64,000 nucleotides of DNA from Escherichia coli (lineage in GTDB: Bacteria; Pseudomonadota; Gammaproteobacteria; Enterobacterales; Enterobacteriaceae). The translations under genes and the position numbers were made by a program. The stretch's first letter is position 1; each line of letters opens with the position of its first letter. Under the pieces are notes generated by a model. The model did no database searches. It was given only the letters and a program-made list of their open reading frames with translations, and was not told the DNA's origin. Below, one piece after another: positions 1 through 10,309 of the stretch. The stretch lies in NCBI RefSeq assembly GCF_044324875.1, contig NZ_CP172185.1. One strand, written 5' to 3'.

Positions 1-1467
1 TTACTGGTATCAGAAATAGCGCCGTCTTTAACGTTGGTGATGGTACTGGTAGTATCTGTACCATGTGCCGCACTATATGCCTTTTTAAGGGAGTCCCATT
101 GTAACGTATTATTGTCCAGGCCCGTTAAGGCGTCGCCAACAGTGCCGAAAATACCACTTTTCAGCCTGTAATTTGGGGAAGTAACGACGCCTTGCGCATT
201 GACGGTAGCCCCCCCACCAAGATTGTCCGCTACTGACTTACTGATAGCATAAAGCTGTGATCCATTGATGGCATCAGTACTGGTAGTGCTGATATCACCT
301 GCTGCCATATTGACAATTTGTCGCTGAGCTGTTGTGTTACCCACAGAAACAGTATCCGCGTCAGTCGCTACAGAACCAGCACCCAGAGCAACTGAATTTT
401 TCCCTTGAGCACTGGCTTGAGCACCAATTGCAGTGCCATTTTCTAAACCGGCATAACTGCCTTGTCCAAGAGCAATAGCATTTACACCACCTGTAATACT
501 ACCATTACCCAGCGCGATAGCATTTGCGCCGTCAGCTTTATTCCCTTGACCGATGGCAATTGCGCCAGCCGCTACTGCCTGACTTTGATTGCCCAGAGCA
601 ATCGTGTTGTCGACATCTGCAATACTGCCGGAGCCCAACGCGATACTATTAAGTCCATTTGCCTCCGCGTTAGTACCAACTGCCGTCGCATTTTCAGCAG
701 CTTTGCTCTCTGCACCCATAGCAATCGCGTTTGCGGCGCTGGCGGCGGATTGTCTGCCGAATGCGAGGCTGTCTACGCCAGCTGCAGCACTGTTGCGGCC
801 TACTGCAATCGCGTTAGCTGCAGATGCGGCGCTACTTGCACCCAGCGCCATTGCATATTCTTTCGACGCATTAGCCGTGGCTCCGAGGGCGATACTCATA
901 ATTCCTAAGGCCTTGCTTTCACGTCCAAATGCGATGGCGTCATCAGCACCAGTCTCTGCGTAATCCCCTTGTGCAATAGAAAATTCACCTGTTGAGTTTG
1001 CATAACGACCAAGTGCGATTGAAAATCCACCCGTTGACGTTGCCGATGCACCTATAGCGAGGCTTCGCTCACCTGCTGAGGTAGTGTTAATCCCTAACGC
1101 CACTGATGCTTCGCCAAGCGAATGGGTCTTAGCGCCGAGGGCTGTTGACCACCTTCCGTCAGCAGTTGCGTGATAACCTACTGCGGTGCTGGAGCCACCC
1201 CCGGTGTCTGTAAAACTATTTGCTTTTACATCTTCACCGATAGCAACCCAGCCTGTTCCTGTTCCCTGGCCATAATTGACGCCCTGACCGTTGTCCCTTC
1301 CTGCCTGAGCCTGTACCCCAAACGACGACAACATTCCCCCAGCAACCAGAGCAGAAATTAACAGCTTACTGCGCCCGGATTTCTTGCCACGGCTCTTCGC
1401 CGTTTCGCTGGCAACGGTGTAACTGCCCGTCGCCGGATTCCAGATAACTTTAAATATTTTGTTCATT
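1..1467 (-). CDS. Trimeric autotransporter adhesin (YadA-like; UpaG/EhaG/SadA-type), N-terminal part only; C-terminus lies beyond the window start
   Basis: Minus-strand ATG at 1465-1467; translation begins [21 protein letters not shown] (extended autotransporter signal peptide) followed by many Gly/Ala/Ser-rich head repeats (SxALG, NAIAxG); reading frame stays open to position 1. Confidence 0.8.
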
Positions 1468-1509
1468 ATTGATGCTCTCTATTCCTTGATATAAGCGCAG
1501 AAGCTGCAT

Positions 1510-2193
1510 TTATTTTTTGTTTTTTCGCTGCCGAGTTTCAGCAGGTTGAACAGTGTCGAACTGGAGATTGTCCATATTGATGGACAACTTCAGATACTTC
1601 AGGTTATTAGGCGAAACGCCTTTTAATGTCAGATTAATGTCTTGCCATTGGCCAGGCATTAATTGCAGAGTGGAATTCATGGTGGTGTTGAAAAGTAATT
1701 GTTGCCACTTTGCCAGAGCTTTGGCATCGGTGGGTCTTTCATTGCCCCATGTCGCATGAAAGCCAATATTTGATACGGGAACGCTTAAAAGGTTAACCAG
1801 CGAAATACGAATAACACTGCCATTTTCAACCGCATCAATAGCCAGCACCCGGCCTGCCAAACCGACCGATCCGTTATTTAAAATGAAATATTGTGTTTGT
1901 GCTGGGTTAAATTCTGTAAAGACAAATTCGTCCTGCTTGTCTTTAACCGCTTTCACCACGCCAGCGAGCGTCTTGGTACTATTTATGACAGTAGTTTGTT
2001 GTTTTTCAAAATGTTCTATCTTTCGCTTATCGAGTTCCTGCTGTTTCTCAAGCGCCTCAATTTTGCTTTTTTGCAACTCTTGCTGTGTAACGAGGTCGTC
2101 GACCTTACTCGCTTTTTCAATATAGTCACACCCTGCCAATAAGCAGAGAGGCACTATTATTAACACGCTTAACAGTGTTTTCTTTAGGTTCAT
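1510..2193 (-). CDS. Lipoprotein with N-terminal coiled coil, SadB-like putative partner of the downstream adhesin
   Basis: Track ORF 227 aa; signal peptide with lipobox LLAGC; heptad-like Q/E/K-rich segment; stop 1510 lies 42 bp upstream of the adhesin start on the same strand. Confidence 0.6.
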   Translation of the reverse strand: MNLKKTLLSVLIIVPLCLLAGCDYIEKASKVDDLVTQQELQKSKIEALEKQQELDKRKIEHFEKQQTTVINSTKTLAGVVKAVKDKQDEFVFTEFNPAQTQYFILNNGSVGLAGRVLAIDAVENGSVIRISLVNLLSVPVSNIGFHATWGNERPTDAKALAKWQQLLFNTTMNSTLQLMPGQWQDINLTLKGVSPNNLKYLKLSINMDNLQFDTVQPAETRQRKNKK

Positions 2194-2750
2194 AGGATGA
2201 ATTCCTTTTCATAATCCCGATACAGTTGATAATTACGGCACAATCATTTTTTTATGAATGATTAGAGTGGAGCATATCCGACAAATAAATTTGTTAGAGA
2301 ATTTTTGTATTAATTGGTTGTGCGAATATGTTATTAAGTGTCAAACAATTTCGGTTTGTGGCCAATAATATTAATCGCGCGGATTTTAATGATCGGTGTC
2401 AATCAATGTCAAATGTTTCACCGGATAAAGATATAGCGGAGGGAAAGGTAAATATTCAGTTGAGTGATGTTTTATTGCGAAGTTTGCGATGCTGATAGAA
2501 AAATTTAAATAATTAATTATGTTTCAAGCATTGATATGCGGTAATTCATTGTTGATATTGATACATCATTATTTAATTTGTACCTGCTTTTCAGAATTTA
2601 GCCTGCTCCGAGCGCTCAGAAGTGTAGGTGGAGTTGAATATATAATGTTAAGAACGTTACAAATATTCGATCTCTGAAACAGGCTCCTGCATGTGCCAGC
2701 AGGAGCGAGTAAATCGTGAGTGGCTGTAATTACAGCGACGAGAAAGGAAC

Positions 2751-3113
2751 TTAAAACGCAGTCTTAGAGAACCCTGTCATCTCTTGCAGGCCCATTTCGC
2801 GGCCCAGCGCGGTCATTGGGTGCACAACGACCAGTCCGCGAACGCTCTTCTTCAGTTTGCCCATATCAGCTTGCTCTTTTTTAGTAATCGCGCGCTGGAA
2901 CGGCATCTTCATCAGCTTCTGTGCTTCCTTACTGAGTTTCTGGCTGTGAACTTCGCGCAGGCGAGCAATTTCTGCTTCCAGAGTGGCTTTCTCTTTTTCC
3001 AGTTCAGCATATTTGTCTGCGGCTTCAACCAGCGACAGATCGGCCTGCTGGTGGCGGATGGCGTCCAGACGATCGCTGAGACGTTTGATTTCGTTTTTTT
3101 CGACTTCTTTCAT
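2751..3113 (-). CDS. yibL: YibL, conserved ribosome-associated protein
   Basis: 120-aa ORF beginning [23 protein letters not shown]; position next to mtlR/yibT. Confidence 0.8.
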
Positions 3114-3396
3114 GTGATGGCTTCTGATAAAGATAAATTTATAGCCCCTAGTATGCGCGACCAGGTGCTTTATTCACAACTGATGACATTGCAATAGTTC
3201 TATAACGTAAACATTAACATGCTTAAAAACTACGCAATTTATTGATTAATTAAGAAATTTAAAGAAAAAAGATAGTTAACAAAAGCGGATGATTATTGAG
3301 GATTGAGCACGTTTTCCTTAATGTCATTTATACCGGGATCTAAACTAAAATTGGCGGCCGCGCATTCCCGGCGCGGGGTTATACGGAGATATCATC

Positions 3397-3606
3397 ATGG
3401 GCAAATTAGGTGAAAACGTTCCGCTTCTTATCGATAAAGCCGTAGATTTCATGGCATCGAGCCAGGCGTTCCGGGAGTATCTGAAAAAACTACCTCCCCG
3501 TAACGCGATTCCGTCCGGAATACCTGATGAAAGCGTGCCGTTATATCTACAACGTCTGGAGTATTATCGTCGGCTTTATCGGCCGAAGCAGGTAGAGGGG
3601 CAGTAA
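3397..3606 (+). CDS. yibT: YibT small protein
   Basis: 69-aa [17 protein letters not shown]..., convergent with mtlR. Confidence 0.65.
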
Positions 3607-3617
3607 GCAGGCGTTGC

Positions 3618-4205
3618 TTACTTTTGGAAGGCTTTTTTTAAGCTGATTTTGGAAATCAGCTCTGTCAGTGAAAGGACCATTGTTGATCGCACAGCCTGTT
3701 GGTAACGCTGAATTTGCATTGCATACAAACTGGAGTCTGCAGGTTCAAACTGTGGCGGCGGTGGTAACGCCGCCACGCAATGCAGTTCACCAAAGGGTCC
3801 AAGGATTTCGTCGTCGGTAAACGCGTACTCGTTGCCGTCGTGATTTAGCTCTTCACGCAATGCCATCAGTAGCTCCGCATCTTCGTATTCCTGGCGGTTA
3901 ATGACGCCCAACCCGTAAATGAGTTTTAAACGCACAGAAAGATCGCCCAGCGGACCGTCGCCGTCGAGTAACGGTTCTACAGCATACTTCACCGCGTAAT
4001 CGTCTTTGCGGAATACCTGAAGCACCAGAAGATTTACCGCCTCGGTCAAAAGCTCGACGGCGGTGATCAGAAAGCTTCGCACGGTTTTGCCAGCATTCAG
4101 ACGCTCAAGCACACGGTTTTCAAAGGCCTGGGTTTGTTCCATTGTTGCCTGCATATCTGACAATCTGTTATTCGGGCGCAGGGTATCCTGCGCCTGGTCC
4201 ACCAT
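3618..4205 (-). CDS. mtlR: Mannitol operon repressor MtlR
   Basis: 195-aa ORF immediately downstream of mtlD on the same strand. Confidence 0.9.
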   Translation of the reverse strand: MVDQAQDTLRPNNRLSDMQATMEQTQAFENRVLERLNAGKTVRSFLITAVELLTEAVNLLVLQVFRKDDYAVKYAVEPLLDGDGPLGDLSVRLKLIYGLGVINRQEYEDAELLMALREELNHDGNEYAFTDDEILGPFGELHCVAALPPPPQFEPADSSLYAMQIQRYQQAVRSTMVLSLTELISKISLKKAFQK

Positions 4206-5353
4206 TATTGCATTGCTTTATAAGCGGTTACCGCCTCGGATACAACCTCGCTGTTGGCATCAAGACCGGAAATCTGTGCCAGCGCCGCCTGCGGACCTTT
4301 GTCAGCGATCAGTGCTGCCAGTTCCTGAGCCTGCGGATCATCTTCACTGCGGAAGTGCATTGCAGCGGCAATACCTTCAATCAGGTTTTTATGTGGCAGA
4401 CCATATTCCAGCGTTCCGAGCAGTGGCTTGATCAGACGGTCGCCAGCACTCAGTTTACGCAGCGGCTGACGGCCTACGCGCTCTACATCATCTTTCAGAT
4501 ACGGGTTCTCGAAACGACCGAGGATTTTCCGGATGTACGCCGCATGTTTGTCTGCGTCAAAGCCGTAGCGCTTGATCAATACTGCACCACTTTCTTCCAT
4601 CGCACCTTTTACCACCGCGCGGATTTTCTCGTCGAGAATAGCGTCACGAATGGTCTGATGACCGGCCAGTTTTCCGAGGTACGCGGTTATAGCATGACCC
4701 GTGTTCAGGGTGAAGAGTTTACGTTCGACAAATGCCATCAGGTTGTCGGTTAACTCCATGCCTGGAATGTTCGGCAACGCGCCTTTGAACTGGGTTTTAT
4801 CAACAATCCATTCGCTGAATGTTTCTACCGTCACTTCCAGCGGATCGTTGGTTGCAGAAGCCGAAGGCGGCACGATGCGGTCAACGGCGGAATCGACAAA
4901 GCCAACGTGTTCTTCTACCCACGCTTTGGCATCTTCCGGCAGGGCGTTCATTACATGGCCTTTCAGCTGCGTGGTGCCGCGTACCATGTTTTCACAGGCG
5001 ATGATGTTCAGCGGGGATTCATTACCTTGTTCTTTACGTTTCACCAGCCCTTTGGCGATTGCCGGGGCAATACGTTCCAGCACAACCGGACCAACGGCGG
5101 TAGTGACTAAATCAACCTGAGCAATCAGATCAACGACATCATCACCAATGCTGCTGACGGCATTGACGCCGGAAACGGTATCTACCTGCTCGGTTTCACC
5201 GACCACATGAACCTGATAGCTATGACGGGCATTCAGGGCATCAAGTACCACCTGATTGACATCGGCAAACGTCAGTTGGATACCCGCGTCTGCCAGCAGT
5301 TTACCGATAAAGCCACGACCGATATTACCTGCGCCAAAATGTAATGCTTTCAT
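4205..5353 (-). CDS. mtlD: Mannitol-1-phosphate 5-dehydrogenase
   Basis: Track ORF trimmed to the internal ATG at 5351-5353 giving [15 protein letters not shown] (Rossmann GxGxxG), 382 aa. Confidence 0.95.
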   Translation of the reverse strand: MKALHFGAGNIGRGFIGKLLADAGIQLTFADVNQVVLDALNARHSYQVHVVGETEQVDTVSGVNAVSSIGDDVVDLIAQVDLVTTAVGPVVLERIAPAIAKGLVKRKEQGNESPLNIIACENMVRGTTQLKGHVMNALPEDAKAWVEEHVGFVDSAVDRIVPPSASATNDPLEVTVETFSEWIVDKTQFKGALPNIPGMELTDNLMAFVERKLFTLNTGHAITAYLGKLAGHQTIRDAILDEKIRAVVKGAMEESGAVLIKRYGFDADKHAAYIRKILGRFENPYLKDDVERVGRQPLRKLSAGDRLIKPLLGTLEYGLPHKNLIEGIAAAMHFRSEDDPQAQELAALIADKGPQAALAQISGLDANSEVVSEAVTAYKAMQ

Positions 5354-5383
5354 AGTATTAACCTTCATCAATGTTTTTACCCG

Positions 5384-5575
<192 letters not shown>

Positions 5576-5581
5576 ATTGGA

Positions 5582-7495
5582 TTACTTACGACCTGCCAGC
5601 AGTTCCAGCACTTCATCCACGCTGGTGGTGTGTGCCAGACGCTCGATGACAGACTCATCATCCAGTGCATTGGTCAGGCTGGTGATAACCTGAATGTGCT
5701 CGTTGTTACGGGCAGCAATACCAATCACCAGACGGGCAATGTCATCTTCTTCTTCACCGAAGCGCACGCCTTCCGGGTACTGGCAGAACACCACGCCCGT
5801 TTTCAGTACGCGATCTTTCGCTTCAACCGTACCGTGCGGTACCGCGATGGACTCACCCAGATAAGTCGGGGTCAGTTTTTCACGATCCAGCATCGCCTGA
5901 ACGTATTCCGGCTCAACGTAACCGCCTTTCACCAGCTGCTCGCCAGCAAAACGAATCGCTTCTTCTTTGGTGGCCGCTTTGCGACCGAGGAAGATGTTCT
6001 CCGCGCCCAGTTTGAACAGGTTAGCACTGGAATCGTCAAAGCTGTCTTTCAGACTGTCTTTCACTTTCACTTCGTTTTCAGTATGGCGCTGGGCAGCAAC
6101 CAGACGTTCGGTCAGGCTGGTGTACAGGCCGCTGTCGAGGAAGTTGGTCAGCGAAATATGCTGTGCCTGCGGAACCTGGCGCATAGCGCGTTCGGTCAGG
6201 TCACGGTGAGTGATGACCAGGTCCACATCTGGCGGCAGGTTGTTGATCGCGCTGTTAGTAACAGAAATCTGCGACAGACCTGCATCCTGAATTTTCTTAC
6301 GCAGCACACCTGCGCCCATCGCACTGGAACCCATACCGGCATCACAGGCAACGATGATTTTACGTACGTGGCTCAGGTCGTTAGTCACATCGCCCGCAGA
6401 CAGCGGGGACGCACCTTTAGACTCAGCTTTCATGTCCTGCATACGACGAGTTGCTGCTTCAATATCATCTTCTTCTTTCACTTTGCTGGTTTTCAGCAGA
6501 ATGGCAGAGACAACGAAGGAGACAGCCATCGCCGCACACACACCCGCGATGTTAGCGAAATAAGCACCTTTTGGTGTCATCGCCAGTACAGCAAGGATAG
6601 AACCCGGAGATGCCGGAGAAACCAGACCACCGCCCAGGATAGTCAGCGTGAACACGCCAGTCATACCACCGAGGATAACGGCCAGAATCAGACGCGGATT
6701 CATCAGCACATACGGGAAGTAGATTTCGTGGATACCGCCCAGGAAGTGGATGATTGCCGCACCGCCCGCAGACTGTTTAGCGCTACCACGACCAAAGAAC
6801 ATGTACGCCAGCAGCACGCCCATACCCGGACCTGGGTTAGCTTCAATCAGGAAGAAGATGGATTTACCCAGTTCATGGGACTGCTGAATGCCCAGCGGCG
6901 AGAAGATACCGTGGTTAATGGCGTTGTTGAGGAACAGGATTTTCGCCGGTTCAACAAAGATAGACGCCAGCGGCAGCATGTCATGGACAACCATGAAGTT
7001 AACGCCCGCAGCCAGCATTTTGGACAGGGCTTCAACAATCGGGCCAATGCCGAGGAATGCCAGAATAGCGAGGATCATCCCGATGATGCCTGCGGAGAAG
7101 TTATTCACCAGCATCTCAAAACCGGATTTGATCTTACCGTCTACCCAGCGGTCGAAGTGCTTAATGCACCAGCCACCCAGCGGACCTGCAATCATAGAAC
7201 CGAGGAACATCGGCATGTCTGCGCCGACGATAACGCCCATGGTGGTAATGGCACCGACTACGCCGCCACGTTCGCCGCCTACCAGCTTACCACCGGTATA
7301 ACCGATCAGCAGCGGCAGGAGATAAGTGATCATCGGCCCGACCAGCTTCGCCAGCGTTTCGTTCGGTAACCACCCTGTTGGAATAAATAACGCGGTGATG
7401 ATACCCCACGCGATAAACGCGCCGATATTTGGCATCACCATGTTGCTGAGGAAACGACCAAAGCTTTGCACTTTGATCTTAATATCGGATGACAT
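5582..7495 (-). CDS. mtlA: PTS mannitol-specific EIICBA component
   Basis: 637-aa ORF, MSSDIKIKVQSFGRFLSNMVMPNIGAF..., long membrane domain followed by EIIB and EIIA domains. Confidence 0.95.
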   Translation of the reverse strand: MSSDIKIKVQSFGRFLSNMVMPNIGAFIAWGIITALFIPTGWLPNETLAKLVGPMITYLLPLLIGYTGGKLVGGERGGVVGAITTMGVIVGADMPMFLGSMIAGPLGGWCIKHFDRWVDGKIKSGFEMLVNNFSAGIIGMILAILAFLGIGPIVEALSKMLAAGVNFMVVHDMLPLASIFVEPAKILFLNNAINHGIFSPLGIQQSHELGKSIFFLIEANPGPGMGVLLAYMFFGRGSAKQSAGGAAIIHFLGGIHEIYFPYVLMNPRLILAVILGGMTGVFTLTILGGGLVSPASPGSILAVLAMTPKGAYFANIAGVCAAMAVSFVVSAILLKTSKVKEEDDIEAATRRMQDMKAESKGASPLSAGDVTNDLSHVRKIIVACDAGMGSSAMGAGVLRKKIQDAGLSQISVTNSAINNLPPDVDLVITHRDLTERAMRQVPQAQHISLTNFLDSGLYTSLTERLVAAQRHTENEVKVKDSLKDSFDDSSANLFKLGAENIFLGRKAATKEEAIRFAGEQLVKGGYVEPEYVQAMLDREKLTPTYLGESIAVPHGTVEAKDRVLKTGVVFCQYPEGVRFGEEEDDIARLVIGIAARNNEHIQVITSLTNALDDESVIERLAHTTSVDEVLELLAGRK

Positions 7496-7638
7496 AAAAA
7501 CACCCCTTCTTATGTTTGCTGTCGCGCAGGCTGGAAGCCCGAGGTTTTTTGTTAATGTGGCGGCAGAGGTAGCCGGACCTTGTAGATACTGCGAAATCTG
7601 GCACTGAATCGGTTAACTGTCCAGTCGACGGCCTTTTG

Positions 7639-7815
7639 TGTGATATCGGTCACATAAATATAGGGGGTAGAGAGGTAATTGACGTGATGCTCATCACAAA
7701 ACTATTGTGTAAAAAAGCAACAAGGCGGCGATTTTCGCTAAAAATGGCATTTAAATGTGAGTAATGTCACATTTTTGTTTTGTTGGTTTGTTGAATCTTT
7801 GTGATCTGAATCACA
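7639..7815. promoter_or_regulatory. mtlA upstream control region with an array of CRP-type sites
   Basis: TGTGA-N6-TCACA matches at 7639-7654 (tgtgatatcggtcaca), 7683-7698 (cgtgatgctcatcaca), 7756-7771 (tgtgagtaatgtcaca), 7800-7815 (tgtgatctgaatcaca), plus a half-site at 7843-7847. Confidence 0.6.
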
Positions 7816-8031
7816 AGATATTTTCTTACGGCGTTCACCTGATGTGATCTACAGCATGTTATGCCCTCGTCATAAAATCGTTATGTAACTAAGCAACTCA
7901 TCACCTCTAAAAATTATTCTTTGGTGTTATGGCGAGAATCGCGAACCCGAATTATTGTCAAAATATCAGCCTGACTCCCTTCTGGCTGCCAGCCAAAAAA
8001 CAACACTGATAAACGTGAATCCGAGGCAGAT

Positions 8032-8394
8032 ATGTTTCTAAACTATTTCGCGTTGGGAGTGCTGATCTTCGTCTTTCTGGTGATTTTTTATGGAATCATC
8101 GCGATACATGACATCCCTTATCTGATTGCCAAAAAGCGCAACCACCCCCATGCCGACGCTATTCATACAGCGGGCTGGGTGAGCCTGTTTACTCTGCATG
8201 TTATCTGGCCGTTTCTGTGGATCTGGGCGACGCTCTATCAACCGGAGCGCGGCTGGGGCATGCAGTCACATGTTGCGTCGCAAGAGAAAGCGACTGACCC
8301 GGAAATCGCCGCACTTTCTGACCGAATTTCCCGGCTGGAGCACCAACTCGCCGCCGAGAAAAAGACTGACTATTCCACGTTCCCGGAGATCTAA
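8032..8394 (+). CDS. yibI: Small inner-membrane protein, DUF3302 family
   Basis: 120-aa [24 protein letters not shown] with N-terminal TM segment; GAGG-like SD upstream; paralog of yiaW at 17175. Confidence 0.85.
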   Translation: MFLNYFALGVLIFVFLVIFYGIIAIHDIPYLIAKKRNHPHADAIHTAGWVSLFTLHVIWPFLWIWATLYQPERGWGMQSHVASQEKATDPEIAALSDRISRLEHQLAAEKKTDYSTFPEI

Positions 8395-8396
8395 AT

Positions 8397-9533
8397 ATGG
8401 ATCTATTGATTGTTTTAACTTACGTGGCGCTGGCGTGGGCGGTCTTTAAAATCTTCCGCATTCCGGTGAATCAGTGGACGCTGGCGACGGCGGCGCTGGG
8501 AGGCGTGTTTCTGGTGAGTGGTTTGATTTTGTTGATGAACTACAACCACCCTTACACTTTTACCGCGCAAAAGGCAGTGATAGCGATCCCCATCACGCCA
8601 CAGGTGACGGGAATTGTTACTGAAGTCACCGACAAAAATAATCAGCTTATTCAGAAGGGCGAGGTGCTTTTTAAGCTCGACCCGGTTCGTTACCAGGCGC
8701 GAGTTGACAGACTTCAGGCTGACCTGATGACGGCGACGCATAATATAAAGACGCTGCGCGCGCAGCTCACTGAAGCGCAGGCCAACACCACCCAGGTTTC
8801 AGCGGAGCGCGACCGTCTGTTTAAAAATTATCAACGTTACCTGAAAGGCAGCCAGGCGGCGGTGAATCCGTTCTCGGAACGTGACATCGACGATGCGCGG
8901 CAAAACTTCCTCGCGCAGGACGCGCTGGTGAAAGGCTCGGTGGCGGAGCAGGCGCAGATCCAGAGCCAGCTCGACAGTATGGTTAACGGCGAGCAATCGC
9001 AGATTGTGAGCTTAAGAGCGCAACTTACTGAAGCAAAATATAACCTTGAGCAGACTGTCATTCGCGCACCAAGCAATGGCTACGTTACTCAGGTACTGAT
9101 CCGCCCAGGTACATACGCAGCTGCCTTGCCGCTACGTCCGGTGATGGTTTTCATCCCCGAGCAAAAACGGCAAATTGTCGCCCAATTTCGGCAGAACTCG
9201 CTGTTACGTCTGAAACCCGGCGATGATGCGGAAGTGGTGTTTAACGCGCTACCTGGGCAGGTGTTCCACGGCAAACTGACCAGTATTTTACCTGTCGTGC
9301 CAGGCGGTTCGTATCAGGCGCAAGGGGTATTGCAATCATTAACGGTCGTGCCCGGCACGGACGGTGTGCTGGGAACCATTGAACTGGACCCCAACGATGA
9401 TATCGATGCCTTACCCGACGGCATCTACGCCCAGGTGGCGGTTTACTCCGACCATTTCAGCCATGTTTCGGTGATGCGAAAAGTGCTGCTAAGAATGACC
9501 AGCTGGATGCATTATCTTTATTTGGATCATTGA
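8397..9533 (+). CDS. yibH: HlyD-family membrane fusion protein (periplasmic adaptor)
   Basis: 378-aa ORF, N-terminal TM segment, long coiled-coil region (RLQADLMTA...), starts 3 bp after yibI; paralog of yiaV. Confidence 0.85.
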   Translation: MDLLIVLTYVALAWAVFKIFRIPVNQWTLATAALGGVFLVSGLILLMNYNHPYTFTAQKAVIAIPITPQVTGIVTEVTDKNNQLIQKGEVLFKLDPVRYQARVDRLQADLMTATHNIKTLRAQLTEAQANTTQVSAERDRLFKNYQRYLKGSQAAVNPFSERDIDDARQNFLAQDALVKGSVAEQAQIQSQLDSMVNGEQSQIVSLRAQLTEAKYNLEQTVIRAPSNGYVTQVLIRPGTYAAALPLRPVMVFIPEQKRQIVAQFRQNSLLRLKPGDDAEVVFNALPGQVFHGKLTSILPVVPGGSYQAQGVLQSLTVVPGTDGVLGTIELDPNDDIDALPDGIYAQVAVYSDHFSHVSVMRKVLLRMTSWMHYLYLDH

Positions 9534-9603
9534 GACTTATATCACCTGTGTTTTGCGTGAGCCTGAGCCATACTGATATTTTTCCTCGCACAAAGGACTC
9601 GGC

Positions 9604-10212
9604 ATGAAACTCGTCGGTAGCTACACCAGCCCGTTTGTACGCAAACTTTCTATTCTGTTGTTAGAAAAGGGCATAACTTTCGAATTTATTAATGAACTGC
9701 CCTATAACGCGGACAACGGCGTGGCGCAATTTAACCCGTTAGGGAAAGTGCCGGTGCTGGTGACCGAAGAGGGCGAATGCTGGTTTGATTCGCCGATCAT
9801 CGCTGAATATATTGAATTAATGAATGTCGCTCCGGCGATGTTGCCGCGCGATCCGCTGGAGTCGTTGCGGGTGCGCAAAATTGAGGCACTGGCGGATGGC
9901 ATTATGGATGCCGGGCTGGTATCGGTGCGTGAACAGGCGCGTCCAGCGGCGCAGCAGTCTGAAGATGAATTGTTACGCCAGCGGGAGAAAATCAACCGCA
10001 GTCTGGATGTGCTGGAAGGATATCTGGTCGATGGCACACTCAAAACCGATACGGTCAATCTGGCGACTATCGCCATTGCCTGTGCCGTCGGATATCTCAA
10101 TTTCCGCCGCGTTGCGCCAGGTTGGTGTGTCGACCGCCCACACTTAGTCAAACTGGTCGAAAACCTGTTTAGCCGCGAAAGTTTTGCTCGCACCGAACCG
10201 CCAAAGGCTTGA
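9604..10212 (+). CDS. yibF: Glutathione S-transferase family protein
   Basis: 202-aa ORF with GST N-terminal thioredoxin-like fold motifs. Confidence 0.85.
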
Positions 10213-10309
10213 TGCGCGATATGTCCTCCTGACCCATCTCACGTTACAATCCGTGGTTATGTTAAACGCCCTTCTCCGTGTGAGAGGGCCTTGATCAGCC
10301 AGGTTTCCT

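Noticed and set aside
462-963. Plus-strand ORFs 462-908 and 589-963 with low-complexity Ala/Ser/Cys-rich translations
   Set aside because: They lie antisense to the adhesin gene and are a by-product of its GC-rich repeat structure; the minus-strand frame has the signal peptide and coherent repeats
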